Part shown: piece by piece, positions 12,880 through 25,665 of the stretch
How the letters are laid out: every line of letters begins with the position of its first letter
Numbering within the stretch: position 1 is the stretch's first letter
DNA from: Trichoplax adhaerens
Taxonomy: Eukaryota > Animalia > Placozoa
Assembly (NCBI RefSeq): GCF_000150275.1
Contig: NW_002060943.1
Span: 1,478,832-1,542,831, forward strand
Length of the DNA stretch: 64,000 bases
Direction of reading: 5' to 3'
The notes under the pieces: generated by a model
The model's database searches: none
Told to the model about the DNA's origin: nothing
The model's input: the letters and a program-made list of their open reading frames with translations, nothing else
Translations under genes and position numbers: made by a program

Positions 12880-14770
12880 ATGACTTCCATGGCGTACAGA
12901 CTCTTAGCCGTAACCGTTACAATGCTATTAACTACTTCGCTAATGGTAAGCTTTACCAGCTACAGAATGTTAATTTTTGTTTTCATTTTTACACATTTAA
13001 TGCGACGTATTTTGATACAGACAAATGATATTTCGCATATGCTTATCAACAGCATCGCTAGCATATAGTCTTACATCTTTTATTCAATGAGTAATGTACT
13101 ATGATCAAATTGTAAACACTGAAATAGATATTTTAGATAATAAATATCGGCTTCACATCGTGTTTATTTTCATATGTTAATTCTCATAGAATTAATACCA
13201 ATGATTCTGTATCGGCTTCAGATAAATTTTAGTTAAATGAAAAACAGTAGACTGCATTGTTATAGGATCTTAAGCATAATCATATTCACTCATTGCCAGT
13301 ATAGAAGTGATGAAAAGTAAATAGATGGACAAGAAATCGATAGCTAAAGATCTTTAATTGAAGCAAATTAAGAAAAAGTAAATGACTTAATAAGCGAGAT
13401 TATTACATATTCCAAGATATCCTATCAATATAAAGCCAATATAGAATAGTCCGAATATCAAATAACATTAGTAATATCAAGAATTGGTGTAATAACTACT
13501 ATTTTTCGCAGAATTAAAAGTATAATCTATAGAATACCATAAAAGTATTAATTCTATATACTGTATAGTAAAGTAATTGTAATTTACACCTCTGATCAAT
13601 TCTATTATACGCGTCAGTAAATAGCGATATGATACCCGATATCTTTCTTTCATATCATTACATTCCAATAGCAGATACAATGCACGACACGTTGATCTGA
13701 TATCTTATTCACGAAGTAATAAAAAGACATACTTTCTAGTCACAGAATATAGAATCGACCACTAGAAAGTCTTACAGCACTATAACTAATGATGCTAAGT
13801 TCAAAATTTTAAACTATGCATCAGTTAATCCACAGCTAACTTTAATTATCAGCTATGATTAATTTGCGTTCTCGCTTATCCTACAGGCATTTGCTAAAGA
13901 TAATTATGATCTGCTCGTTAATAAATATCTGACTTTAAAATATCACATCTATTTAGTTTGCTTTGTAAACATTCATATTTTAATTTTTCCTATAGGCTTT
14001 TGCTATAGACAATTATGATCCGCTAGTTACTAAATATCTAACTTTAAAAATATCATTTCTATTTAGTTTGCTTGTTACAAATATTCATATTTTCGTTTTT
14101 CCTATAGGCTTTTGCTAAAGATAACAATGTCAGTGAAAAAGATTCTAATTCCGAAAATAGCAACGACATCACTAAACGTGGGGGGCAACCAGCGGGCGAT
14201 CTATCGGATTACTTTTGTGTGATAGAATGCTTGGAAGATGACGAAGATAGAGATGTAAGAGCAATTCGGGAAGCCAAAGATTTCCTGGACCATTTACCAG
14301 AAATTACCCATTCCCAAGCAAGATATAATTCGGACAAGATTGGCACACTGTTTAATTTGTATGAACGCGGGCGTAGGCAAGGTAGACGAGCAATGCTCAA
14401 TGACATTATGTCGGGCTTAATCCACAATAAGGGTGTCTTTAAAGCTGTCAGCAGAGATGAACTGGAGGATGATGAGAATGAGAAAGCAAACTGCAGTAAA
14501 GAATGTATGTTTAAAGGATTTTTTGGCCGCGACAGCAAACCTGATCGTATTGAAAAGGAACGAGAGAATGCAGTTATGACCGCTTTAAAACATCGCTTTT
14601 ACGTCGGCCAACCTATCCGATACGTAGAAGATATTATTGGAGAAGGCAAAGTAGCAAAGAATACAGAAATTAGGCACCGTCAACAGATGAAAAATGCGGA
14701 AAATAATTTTAAATCATATTTAAGAAAAATATCCCTTCGAAATGGTCGATTTAACCTCAATTATAACTAA
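12880..14770 (+). CDS. orphan secreted prohormone/neuropeptide-like precursor (exons 12880-12945, optional 13887-13916 and 13996-14025, 14108-14770; 242-262 aa)
   Basis: Exon 1 MTSMAYRLLAVTVTMLLTTSLM ends at a phase-0 GTAAG donor. The acceptor CCTATAG|GCT at 14108 is phase 0 and in frame with ORF 14219-14770, giving signal peptide ...SLMAFA|KD. The protein has KR, RR and GR sites, acidic spacers and two CxxxC motifs. Confidence 0.75.
13870..14125 (+). repeat. ~110-bp tandem triplication of acceptor + exon start + intron
   Basis: CCTA(C/T)AG|GC(A/T)TTTGCTA(A/T)AGA(T/C)AA recurs at 13887, 13996 and 14108, and the intervening sequences are also similar. Confidence 0.9.
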
Positions 14771-16435
14771 ATGAAATTAATGACATTTTGCAACGACGTT
14801 GGCACTCTGCCCATCAGCAACTATCCTCTTAGAATACAATATAGAAGCTTACACTTGTAGTATTAGGATCTTATTTAGGCATTTAATATAGAGAAAGTTG
14901 TTCTCTCTGTTGTCATCATTATGAATTACTGGAATACAACTCTAACATGGAATATTGCTATCGTTGTACTCTTCTCTTATAATCACTTTATTTTGCCTTC
15001 AACGCTGCCAAATGTAGTGGACAATGATACAGCTATTTATGTAAAGGGTATTACGCTAAAATACGCTCTTCCTACCTTGTCTATAGAGTACAATAATAAT
15101 TATGATAATGTGCCTCAATGTTAACGCAACAATGGCAATATTGCATATTTTTCCTAATTCTCCTAGCATGATGGTGGTGAGCGATAACTAAACGTCATTT
15201 AGTCAGCATGAATATAGCAATGTTGCATTGGACTATAACTTTATCGCGACTTTGATACAGAATGTTTGTTTCAATAACATCGCGTAGTCCGTAAATAGCA
15301 TTCAAAGTTATTGTGCAATTCATTTTATCCGTTTCATTGAAGACGCTACATTTCAGTTATTTGCATATGCGTTTGCATTAATAGATCCAATAAATAAATA
15401 AATAATAAGAGAAATATATACACTTCAAAGAATATAATCAATCAGGCATGATGGAGAAAAACAACCTGACCTATTTTATTTGCAAGTCAATGTTGTCGAA
15501 ATTTCTGCCATTTGACCCTTTCTATGATAGATGCTGAGTGACCTGGAATGGAAAAAAATAAAGAAGTAGCACCCGTCCAATTGTAAATAGTGTACGCATA
15601 CTGTTCATTTTTAAATCTCATGCACAACCCTATGCTATTCCTTTAGAAGTCATAATACCATTCTCAGATTCCAACTCCTGTCAAGACTCCATTTTCCTTT
15701 TCAGTATTAGCAATCGATCTTGCAGTCTGCATTGTCCATCGGAGGATCATGTGAAATGAGTCAAACAATGCATCCGCCTTGGATTTCACTTTCTCATTAA
15801 ATCCTTGTTTTGACATTAAATTCTATCTTTATTGATTCCATCTCAACTACGATATTAAGACAGAATACTGTCAGTTCTGTATTGTCGCAGTTGATTATTC
15901 GTGATTGCTGGAAGGGGTCGATTATATCATCTATCCATCCATCCATCAAATGATATTGATGCAATTCTACGTGTGTCACGTCATGAACTACCAGATGTTT
16001 CCCCATTAAGTAGTCCATGGTCACGCAATAGCGTGAAATTTCCAGGCGTTTTAATTGGGATTTATTCTATATTCTTCTTCAGTAGTTGCACCTTGCAGCT
16101 GGTGATAATGTACCCATTTGAGTGCGAAGTTTACTGAATTTATGATATACCTAGTCAGTTTTGGAAAATAGGTAATTAATGCCAAAGAGTGAGTTTTATA
16201 TAGAACAATCGTATCGATAGGCAATCATCCTGATTCCTTCCGCTCGCGTTGATGGCTCTCAAGCGGATGCCTGCCAACTAAGAAATGATTATTTTGGGCA
16301 TTTTGTGATCGAAGCAGGAATGCCCCCCCCCCCATTGCATAGCAATCCTACGATAGCTTTAAACCAGCGATGTTGCATTTCACCGGCGTAGACTACTACG
16401 CCCAGCACTGCTAAAACAAGACTTAATATACACTC

Positions 16436-16609
16436 TGTAGTTCATTGGATGAGTTTTTAGTCGTGTTTTCACTGCAATAATCGATCGTGCATAACATCAT
16501 TTTACAGTATAGCTGTGCATTATGTAGTTCATTGGATGAGTTTTTAGTCGTGTTTTCACTGCAATAATCGATCGTCCACAACATCATTTTACAGTATAGC
16601 TGTGCATTA
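16436..16609. repeat. 87-bp tandem duplication (2 copies)
   Basis: TGTAGTTCATTGGATGAG...GCTGTGCATTA starts at 16436 and 16523. Confidence 0.9.
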
Positions 16610-16934
16610 ATTAAGTGTGCAATCCACTGCCTCCATCCGTATGGATGTTCCGGTTGATCCAGAGAACAGTACAGTTGATGCTCTCGTGTTCTACAGTACA
16701 ATCAGTGTACTGAGAATGGTGAAGGTGAGATCATGGAAAACTAACAGACTACCCTAAATTTGATTCATTTTCTACTCTCAGTGGCCTAGTAGTCTTGCAC
16801 ATATCATGAACTACTGCAAGAATACTAATAATGAATTAATCAAAAATTTTTACAACTTTTCCTAATCCTCTTCGACATTGACATTCAGTGCTGGAGCCTG
16901 GAGGTGGCGTACAGCAACAACTTTTCTTTCAGCT

Positions 16935-17260
16935 TCAGTACCGTAGAGTACAGTGTACAGTGTATAGTACAGTACACTGTACACTGTGAGTAGTGAACCC
17001 TAGTCTTTTCATAGAAGTCCTACAGTACGAAAGACCTACTGTACAGTGTACAGTACAGCCTGCAAATCCTGCACACACGTACTGTACACTATACACTGTA
17101 CAGGAAGTGCTCTCTGCATAATCGATAGGATACACTCGAGCCCGCCATACGGTACCGATGGCCATCAAAATATTACTAGTAACATACACTTATTCAACCG
17201 GCCTGTTGGGGCTGCAATAGACGTCGGCTACACTCACTCGCGACACTGTACTGTACTGTT
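16935..17260. repeat. cryptic TACAGT/ACTGTA self-complementary simple-sequence tract
   Basis: Dense TACAGT, ACTGTA and TGTACA words; this explains the spurious C/T/V/Y-rich ORFs on both strands. Confidence 0.75.
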
Positions 17261-18993
17261 TGGAGAGTGGTTCACCTAAAGACTTGTGCGACTGGGGAAA
17301 TCTTCATTTGGCTGCTATGGTAGCAAAACCGATTTCATTGGCCTAACGAAAAATGAATCCACCACTTTATCAATGCAAAATTGTAAGCAGTTAGAATAAG
17401 TAGATTGATTAGCAGAAATCGATTAGTGCTATAGGCATTTACTGGACGAGCTGATAGTGATGCTATGGCAGATTGTGGTAGCACTTTAGTACTTGTGTGT
17501 ACCTGTCAAAGTCACGTAGATATAGAATAAAATAGAGAATATGGGAAATATGGATCGATGTTATTGTTATCATCAATACTGTAGTCTATTCTACTGTATG
17601 GTATATGATTAGTTTGCTAAAGCAATATCATTAGGTAAGCCAGAGAGAATGCTTAGATAGCTTATTCGCTAGGAGATACCATGTCGGTCTGTAGCTTGCT
17701 GAAATAGGAAAGTTTATCGTCAACTGTAAGATTGTTATCAGTTCCTGGCGTTGTCATGATATCAAGCAATAGAGCCTTACAACAGTTGTAAAGTGTTGTA
17801 TAATGAATTCATCGATCATATCGTCCATAATTAATGAATAAATCAATCTATGCGACAAATTGCTGTCAGGTGTTGCATTTCTCACGCGATGATGATAGTA
17901 TGGTAGAAGAGAAATCCGTTGCTGCCTCCTCAACCGATATAGGACAGATTAACCTTCCAGTTGTTGCCTCCCTTAGGCAACATACTGTACGACATGCTCA
18001 GCTACAGTAATAAACGAATGACAGCCAACGTAGTAAACAGAAACAACAATACAGTACAAGAATAAGAAAATCAACCTAGCCATGTCAATACTAAATTTAT
18101 GCGAGTGCTGACGTAGTAGTAGCGCTCGAAACGTCTACACTAGTACACCTGTAGAGAGAGATGCATTACCTCACTTCCTGACTTATTTAAAGTTATTTTC
18201 AATAATGTATATGATTGTCCATTGCATATTAAACTGCAGCAGCTGAAAATTATATGCTTTATAGATTTTCTTATTAACAGAAATTGTACTAAAATGAAAA
18301 AATTTATTCATCAGCCATCAGATTGGTGATTGTTGCTTGGATTGAAACTTGAATTTGGTGAAAAATGTCCTCCAGTGCCACCCCATCTTCTACACGAAAG
18401 AATGTATGTTGTTAATAATATTGACGTAGGATCAATGAATAGCTTGCACATTTTAGAAGTAATTGTGAAAATAATGCTACTATGCTGATGGATGTTCATT
18501 TTGAAGCAGTGGCATATTATAACTCCTCCATTTGTGAGAAATTACTGAAATCCCTTTTGATAATAAATGTATAATTACTGTAATGAGTATAGGCTGTATT
18601 ACACTTACAAATGCTATATCTCAACCATAATCTCAGATCCTGTAGCCATTTACCCCATGAGTGCTGTAGGAAACTGGATTAAGTCTACAGTCCATTTTAT
18701 TATCAAAAACTTATTTTACTTACTGTACTTAGCTGTATTGACCATATCATAATAATCTATAAGCTGCTATGCTTAACGCATTTTTCTTGCTGAGTATGCT
18801 TGCGAATACCTTACCCTTATTGTAGGGCGATCGCGGGTACCGCTATAGACTTGGCAATACTTCTATTAGTGCTAACTGTGAGAATTCTTAGGATTGATAG
18901 CTGCAAGAGCATATCTCTCTCCACATATGAGAGGGTACTACAATCATAGATTTTTTTAAATAACTTTACAACTTAACGAAACATCAAATCGCC

Positions 18994-21900
18994 ATGCCGG
19001 TTATGTTAGCGACAGCTGATCTGTCAATGATACTCCCATAGTCGTTGCAATTGCACATGCAAAACAAGATTTTCAATATACCTGCTGCTATAAGTTTCAC
19101 GTACGATCGATATCAAGAGCTACCAAGCTAACTACAGTATACAGTTAGCATCATACGTACTACCATACAGATTTAAGCACGACCGAGTAACGTTATTGAC
19201 AAACAGTTTAGACAGTAACAATAATCTCAAAACTTATTGTAAAACTTCCCACTGATTTGCTATCGAATGCCTCGTAGTCACTTAAAGGAACACATTCCCG
19301 ACTTCAAACTACCTTCGGACCGTCTAATTTTGCGCCGATAACTACCGTGACACCTGGTGAGTTAAAGCAATTCAAATTGTATTACAATCTAGACATCGGT
19401 CATTTGACTAATTTTACATTATAATTATTTATACTTGCGCAAATGTGGTAAATACCCTAGTAAATATGTAGTATACCTATGATCTTCCTAGGTTATAACT
19501 TTATTAAATGTTATAACCTAATACTCTATGTTTATTTTATTCTAATACTGTCAAATAGTGGATGACGATTTCCTAGATGTCGAAGATGATTCAAGGCCTT
19601 TTAGTAATAACAGCAATGCCTTACCGCCTCCGGAAATAATATCACCTGAATTTAGAAATGGAGCTACCGCATTGGTATTTATTTAATTACGTTCAACTAA
19701 AAAGTCTTAAGACAGTTGTTATTATAATAATTATATTTATTGCTGGGTTAACTTTATCGGAGCTGTATTGGCACAATCCATTGTTATCTTACAATCTTAC
19801 TGTACAAATTGTTTTATCGATCGGAATAGATGAGACTTTTCTTCTATTTAGGCTCGTCTTCCTCCTCCGGATGCTATCACTTTGCCAATACTACCTCGCA
19901 CTTTCTCAAACGTATCTGCGCGATCGTTCTATACTGTTAATAGCGAAGATGGCGATGACGAAGTAAGTAATTTTTAATTCTCTGATTGATACAAGTAATG
20001 ACAGCAAACGATTACAAGCGCATATTGAGTGGCTTTTAATTATCTTAATTTTATGCTAATTATGAAAGGTTACAGAGGAACTATTCATCCAGGAACCTTC
20101 CAAAAATCTTCGTTGTTTGCTTTGTCAGCGCATAATGAAAGAACCGGTCGTTGCCAGTTGTGGCGTAAGTTAAGCTTCACATGCGTGTCACGAATTTTAA
20201 TGTAAATAACTTTACCTATAAAATATTTATAAATTTCTCGCTGTTCTTTCACTAGCACACATTTTGTAAAAGATGTATAGAAACATCAGGTATTTCGTTT
20301 TATCGTCAAGTGCTATCTCATTAAGTAAACAACTTTTCTACAAGAATACTTACTTTCTTGAGCTAAAATACAGTATATTTAATTTAAATCCAAGTGCTTG
20401 GAAACGAAAGATGTCCTTCGGATAATAATACACTGTGTGCGGTAGCCGCAAATTTAGCAGTTAGTATAGTTAATTCTTTAGCAATTACTTCTTCACATGT
20501 TAGAGATATAATTATTATTAATTGTTGATTCTAATTATGATAACTGTTCTATAATTTAAAGGTATCTGAACAAATAGGGGAACTTGTAGTCCACTGTAGC
20601 TATGGCTGCAGACAAGATTCCCAAACCGGGTGTTTAGTCGTCGATGAAGAGGGTTAGTCAATGTTGATTTCCCGGCTGTAACGTTGTAACAGTATTTGTC
20701 AATTTGTAATAATACTTGATCTTACTCCTCAAAATTATTTTATTAGGATGTCCAGCAACCGTGAAATTAAAGGAGAAGAAGTTAATATCCTCTATATTTA
20801 GTCTATGATGTTGCACCATTTAAGGTAGTAGGGTTGTTTTAATATTGTTATTTACAATACCTATAGAAATCATGAAAATAGCTGCCGCTATGCCCCGGTG
20901 CAGTGCCCTAATAGTAAAATCTGTCCTAAGTTACTTCGCATGGTAAATATGGCGACGTGAATTATATCTTAACTTTATAACTATTTTTCTTACTTTCTTA
21001 TACTAACTTTCACGTAGGACCTAGAAAATCATTTATCCACATGTCAGTTTTGTTCTTGTCCTAATAAAAGATATGGGTAAAATTTAAGTAGCCTGATTTC
21101 GTACGTACAGTTATATAGCATAATGTTCTAATGTATAAATCACCCTCTCAGTTGTAATTTTGAGGGAAAACTTGCTGAATTAGATGAACATTTAGAAGTT
21201 TGTAGATATCAAGATTTTAAGGTAAAAAGTATCGACAGTTTTGCTATTTTATAATCCAATACACTACCGTCAGAATCTGCAATCTAACCAACCAAATTGG
21301 TCATGCTTTCAATAGGAATACTTTGAAGATGTAGATGATAAGGTTCATGAATTGCAACAAATTATTAAAAAGAAAGATCAGGTCGGTACTTTCTGAATTG
21401 GCAAAATTACGTTAAAGTTGAAGTTAATGCAATTGGAGATAGTATAATAATACTTTCCTGTTTTTGTTTAAAATCCGTCATATCATTCTACCGTGACAAA
21501 GTGAATTTTAACCAATAGTATTGGCATATACGTTAATCAATAACTAGTATTTTTATTATATTTAGGATATTTCCTATTTACATTCTGTTTTATTAAACAT
21601 CTCTGAAAGACTTTTAAAATTAGAGAAAACTGTAGATATCCGGTTTGGTAAGTTAAGATTAGACTTCAGTTGTAGCTCTTAATGCTAACTGTGTGTAACA
21701 TTTCAGAGGTGATTAGTGATAACCAGACTAAACTGGCGGACGATATCACAGGATCAGTTAGGGCAATTAATCAAATATCTGTAAGTTGCCTTAGCAAACT
21801 TAAACAAATATGGTGCTATCAATTTTAATGATAATCTACAATGTTTATTTGTGAAGAATGAAATGGTAGATTTGCAGGCAAGAATTGGAGCCGCAGGAAG

Positions 21901-23876
21901 TTAGTAACTTATATATAGCGAAATCTTTAAAACAATGTCAAGATAGCTTTATTCTGTTTACCTAGATTTTGAAGTGCAGACAATGTTCAAATGTCAGGGA
22001 ACTTTCGTTGGACACCAGGTAATGCTAAATTATGTTACGGGTATTTTCAAGTTGGTTAGCAAATCTGAAAATCTACTTACGATCCCTGGTAAAATTTTTA
22101 GGGTCCAGTATGGGCTTTAGGAGTTCATGCTGATTTCCTCTTTAGTGCATCATCGGATAAAACCATAAAAGTAACTGAAATAAATCATCCTATTACTGCT
22201 GGCACTCAGGGTTTAGAATTACTGATTTTTCTTTAAATTTTGATAGGTATGGGACACGAAAAATAGCTACAAATGTATAAGAACACTAACCGGACATAAA
22301 AATATTGTTCTTGGACTTTGTGTTCACGGGTAAGTATTCCTCTCATGGTTAACCTTGTAATGAGATTGTAAAACTGATTCCAGCTACTGGTGCATGATAA
22401 CTGTATTAAGACTGAACAATAATTATTACTAAGTTTGTGCTACTATTTTATTGCAACAGAACGAATCTCTTTAGTGGATCTTCAGATAATACTATTAAAG
22501 TATGAAATATAAAGCAGCGTGCATTATTTCATTTTGAACAAAACGGATTATAATATTTAATGGTAATCTATATTCTGTATTAGGTTTGGGAAATTAGCAC
22601 TTTAGAAATGTTAAAGACTATCAGTGCACATGACAATCCAGTATGTACACTAGCGACGTCATCCGATTGGTTGTTCAGCGGCTCCCACAAAATAATAAAG
22701 GTACGACTATTCTTGTAAACGGAAACTGTTTTGACAGTTATATTCTAGGCTGTGAACTTTAAACCTATCTTAGACTTGATCCCTAACTCAGAACGTCTTA
22801 ACTAGGTCTGGGATATTAAAACCTTTAAACATTACCATGATTTAACTGGGTTAAATCACTGGGTGAGAGCGCTAGTTTGCAAAGATGATAAATTATATTC
22901 TGGATCATATCAGAATATCAAGGTATATTCAGACTACCATACTATTTATAAATCTTTCCAGCAATATAAGTACTTTATGTTTGATTACCGATAATGTATA
23001 GATATGGGATTTGAATACCTTCGACTGCAGTTATGTATTACAAACATCTGGGGGAAGCATTTATTCATTAGCCGTTACAGAATCGTATATTATATGTGGA
23101 ACGTATGAAAATAATATTCATGTACGTCAGTTTGGAATACTTATAATTATAATATTTAAAAGTTGACTTATTTTAGCCGTTGATTCTTATACTGTAGGTA
23201 TGGGATGTCCTATCATATGAACAGCAAAAGACATTAGCTGGTTTGTGATATTCGTATCGGACATATTTGATAATCTTGCAATCTCATTGTAACGATTACT
23301 ATTGTTGGTGTTTATCAGGTCACACAGGCACAATTTATGCCTTAGCGGTTATAGATACTCCATCACAACCGAAGCTATTTAGCGCTTCAAATGATAAAAC
23401 TTTACGGGTCTGCCTAAAACTATCTTATGCTTATATATTGCGGCACATTTTACAACTAATAACCATATTTTTGTACTGATAATATCATAATAGGTTTGGA
23501 GATTGGGTTCTTTTGATTGTGTTCAAACGATGGCTAGGCATGACGGAAGTGTGGCTTGCTTGGTTGTTTCAAATAATAGAGTTTTTTCAGGAGCTTTGGA
23601 CAATACTATCAAGGTTAGCTTTCTATTTTTGTCTATGTCTATCGGTACCGCATAAATTTCATAAAGAAGTATAGTATGTATCAACCAATTACGTACTGAT
23701 ATGGAGTTGGGCCATAACTCTGCTTCCTTTATTTACAACAAAATAAACCGGTATATACGTATGAACGTGCATAGAGTATCTGAATTAAATGAGATGTAAT
23801 TATAATTAATCATTATGCAAGTGTTATTACCGTCTGATGTGCTGTGTACTCTATGTATTTCCAGATTTGGCAGTAA
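18994..23876 (+). CDS. TRAF7: E3 ubiquitin ligase TRAF7 (RING + TRAF-type zinc finger + coiled coil + WD40 repeats), ~27 coding exons
   Basis: Spliced translation gives [17 protein letters not shown] (19278-19356), [21 protein letters not shown]|HTFCKRC (from 20069), [27 protein letters not shown]|[39 protein letters not shown] and [11 protein letters not shown]...DNTIK|IWQ* (last exon 23865-23876). The start (GCCATGCCG|GT at 18994) is tentative. Confidence 0.93.
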
Positions 23877-24899
23877 CTGGCAATTGATCGGTTCAATTCT
23901 TCTATTGGGTGTATTCGAGAATCTTCCGCTTTTCATATTTGCACCAGATATAGATGGCTTCATAGTATTTCCCGGCGTAATTAAAATTATAGAGTTTACT
24001 GTGGCGAAACCGATTCACTTTGTTTCCTTTCCTCTCTATCTATAAACTTTTATATTCTACACTGTAAATAACTATGAACTTTAAGTTGAGCAGGATGCTA
24101 TAATAGTTGCAGCATAACATCAGATGGAAAATTTTTTATGTTATGAAATACACTACTTGTTTCAGAGAATAGTTTTTGACTATTTATCGCAATATGCGTG
24201 TAATGTATATTTTTTACGTAATTATATTGAATACGCTGTTTGTAAATGAGATTTTTTTACCCCATTCATTAACATATTTTTAGCTATTTTTAATTAAAAT
24301 ATTGAAATGAAATAACGTCCTAAAGGTAGATGAATCTTGAAGATGCTGTAATTTATTCATGATTACCGATAAATACAAAACTTGATTTGTACCAATTAAG
24401 GCAGAAATACACCTTGCACAGCTGTTCTACCTTGTTATATTAAATGAATGATTGGCCTTTTCAAATTAATCTGTTCAATAGCTGGTTAATACCATTTTGG
24501 TATATATTCACTGTAGCTACTATTTATTTGAATAAATCAACTTTTAAAATTGATTATAATTATATGCAATATATATGTAGGAGTAAATGGTAAGGATAAA
24601 ACTAGTCTTATTCGTTAGTGGTTGTATCCTATGCAATTATGCATTCTACAGATGAGTAAAAGTTCAATGTTCACTCACCGACTAACTTAGAATAGATCTG
24701 GACAGAATTTTGATTGATTAATTATTTAGCGATATCGTAGAAACTGTACATTTAAGTACGGTATTTCCATTTTATTAAGAGCAATTTGATTGACTCTGGC
24801 CGTCAAGTTAATAGTTGTACAATGTGTTTCATAGCAGCGTTTGCCAAAAGGTATTCCAAGGTGCGATCGTGTGCAGTATTAATGTCACCATGGCATACT

Positions 24900-25620
24900 T
24901 AGTAGTACAGTACACTTCTAGTGCATGTTCTACTGTAGTATAGACGGATTTAACGGCCCGCTAGACTGGAGTGGTTTGGTGTTGCACTAGATTATACTAG
25001 GTTATACTACCGTATACTGTACGGGCAATTTCTATATTATACTGTACATGTTCACTCGTACGCTGTACATTGTACAGTACACCTGTAGTCCACACAACAC
25101 AGCATTATATACTGTATACTGTATACAGTACGTAGGTGACAAAGGCTTTGCATCCATATTAAACTATCACAAGTCCAAGCTACAGCTGTACGGTGTACAG
25201 TGTACAGTATCTTGTACTGCACACTGTAGTAATGTACTGTACAGCACTGGAAGTACTGTAGTAAGGACTAAGGACTACCGGAAGAATACCTGGACCAGAC
25301 TGGATATTCCTTTGGACGGACAGACATTGGGCCAACTTTGCTCAAGCAATTACAGTAGTATGTACTGTACTTCGAGTGGTCTATGACTGTAGTTTACTGC
25401 CAATACCGTACAGTACAGTACAGTACAGTAAGTGCAATGGTCACTGTACAGTGTACAGTATACTGTACAGTACTGTAAGTAGTCAGGACTACCAGAAGAA
25501 TACCTGGACCAGACTGGACATTCCTTTGGACGGACAGACATTAGGCCAACTTTGCTCAACCAATTACAGTAGTATGTACTGTAATTTACTGCCAATATAC
25601 AGTACTGTACTGTAAATGCG
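24900..25620. repeat. TACAGT/ACTGTA-rich tract containing a 214-bp-period duplication, immediately upstream of LDHD
   Basis: AGGACTACC(G/A)GAAGAATACCTGGACCAGACTGGA...CAATTACAGTAGTATGTACTGTA at 25271 and 25485. Confidence 0.85.
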
Positions 25621-25665
25621 AGGGTCACGTACACCTTTTGTTATGCTACCTGTCATCTGCACTGA

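Noticed and set aside
14209-14538. 109-aa minus-strand ORF
   Set aside because: Antisense shadow of the acidic precursor exon.
14219-14770. Small Tim (twin CX3C) or insulin homolog
   Set aside because: It has a signal peptide, the CxxxC motifs are ~90 aa apart, and there are only four Cys; insulin needs six.
16423-17279. ORFs of 77-92 aa
   Set aside because: Products of the 87-bp duplication and the TACAGT simple-sequence tract.
19658-19966. 102-aa hydrophobic ORF
   Set aside because: Out-of-frame read through TRAF7 exons and an intron.
21488-21498. TACCGTGACA LTR-terminus match in a TRAF7 intron (also in the exon at ~19343)
   Set aside because: Only 10 bp with no adjacent similarity; likely chance.
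25048-25634. Overlapping ORFs with repeated DYxKNTWTRLDIPLDGQTLGQLC
   Set aside because: Translation of a DNA-level duplication within low-complexity sequence; open on both strands with no splice support.
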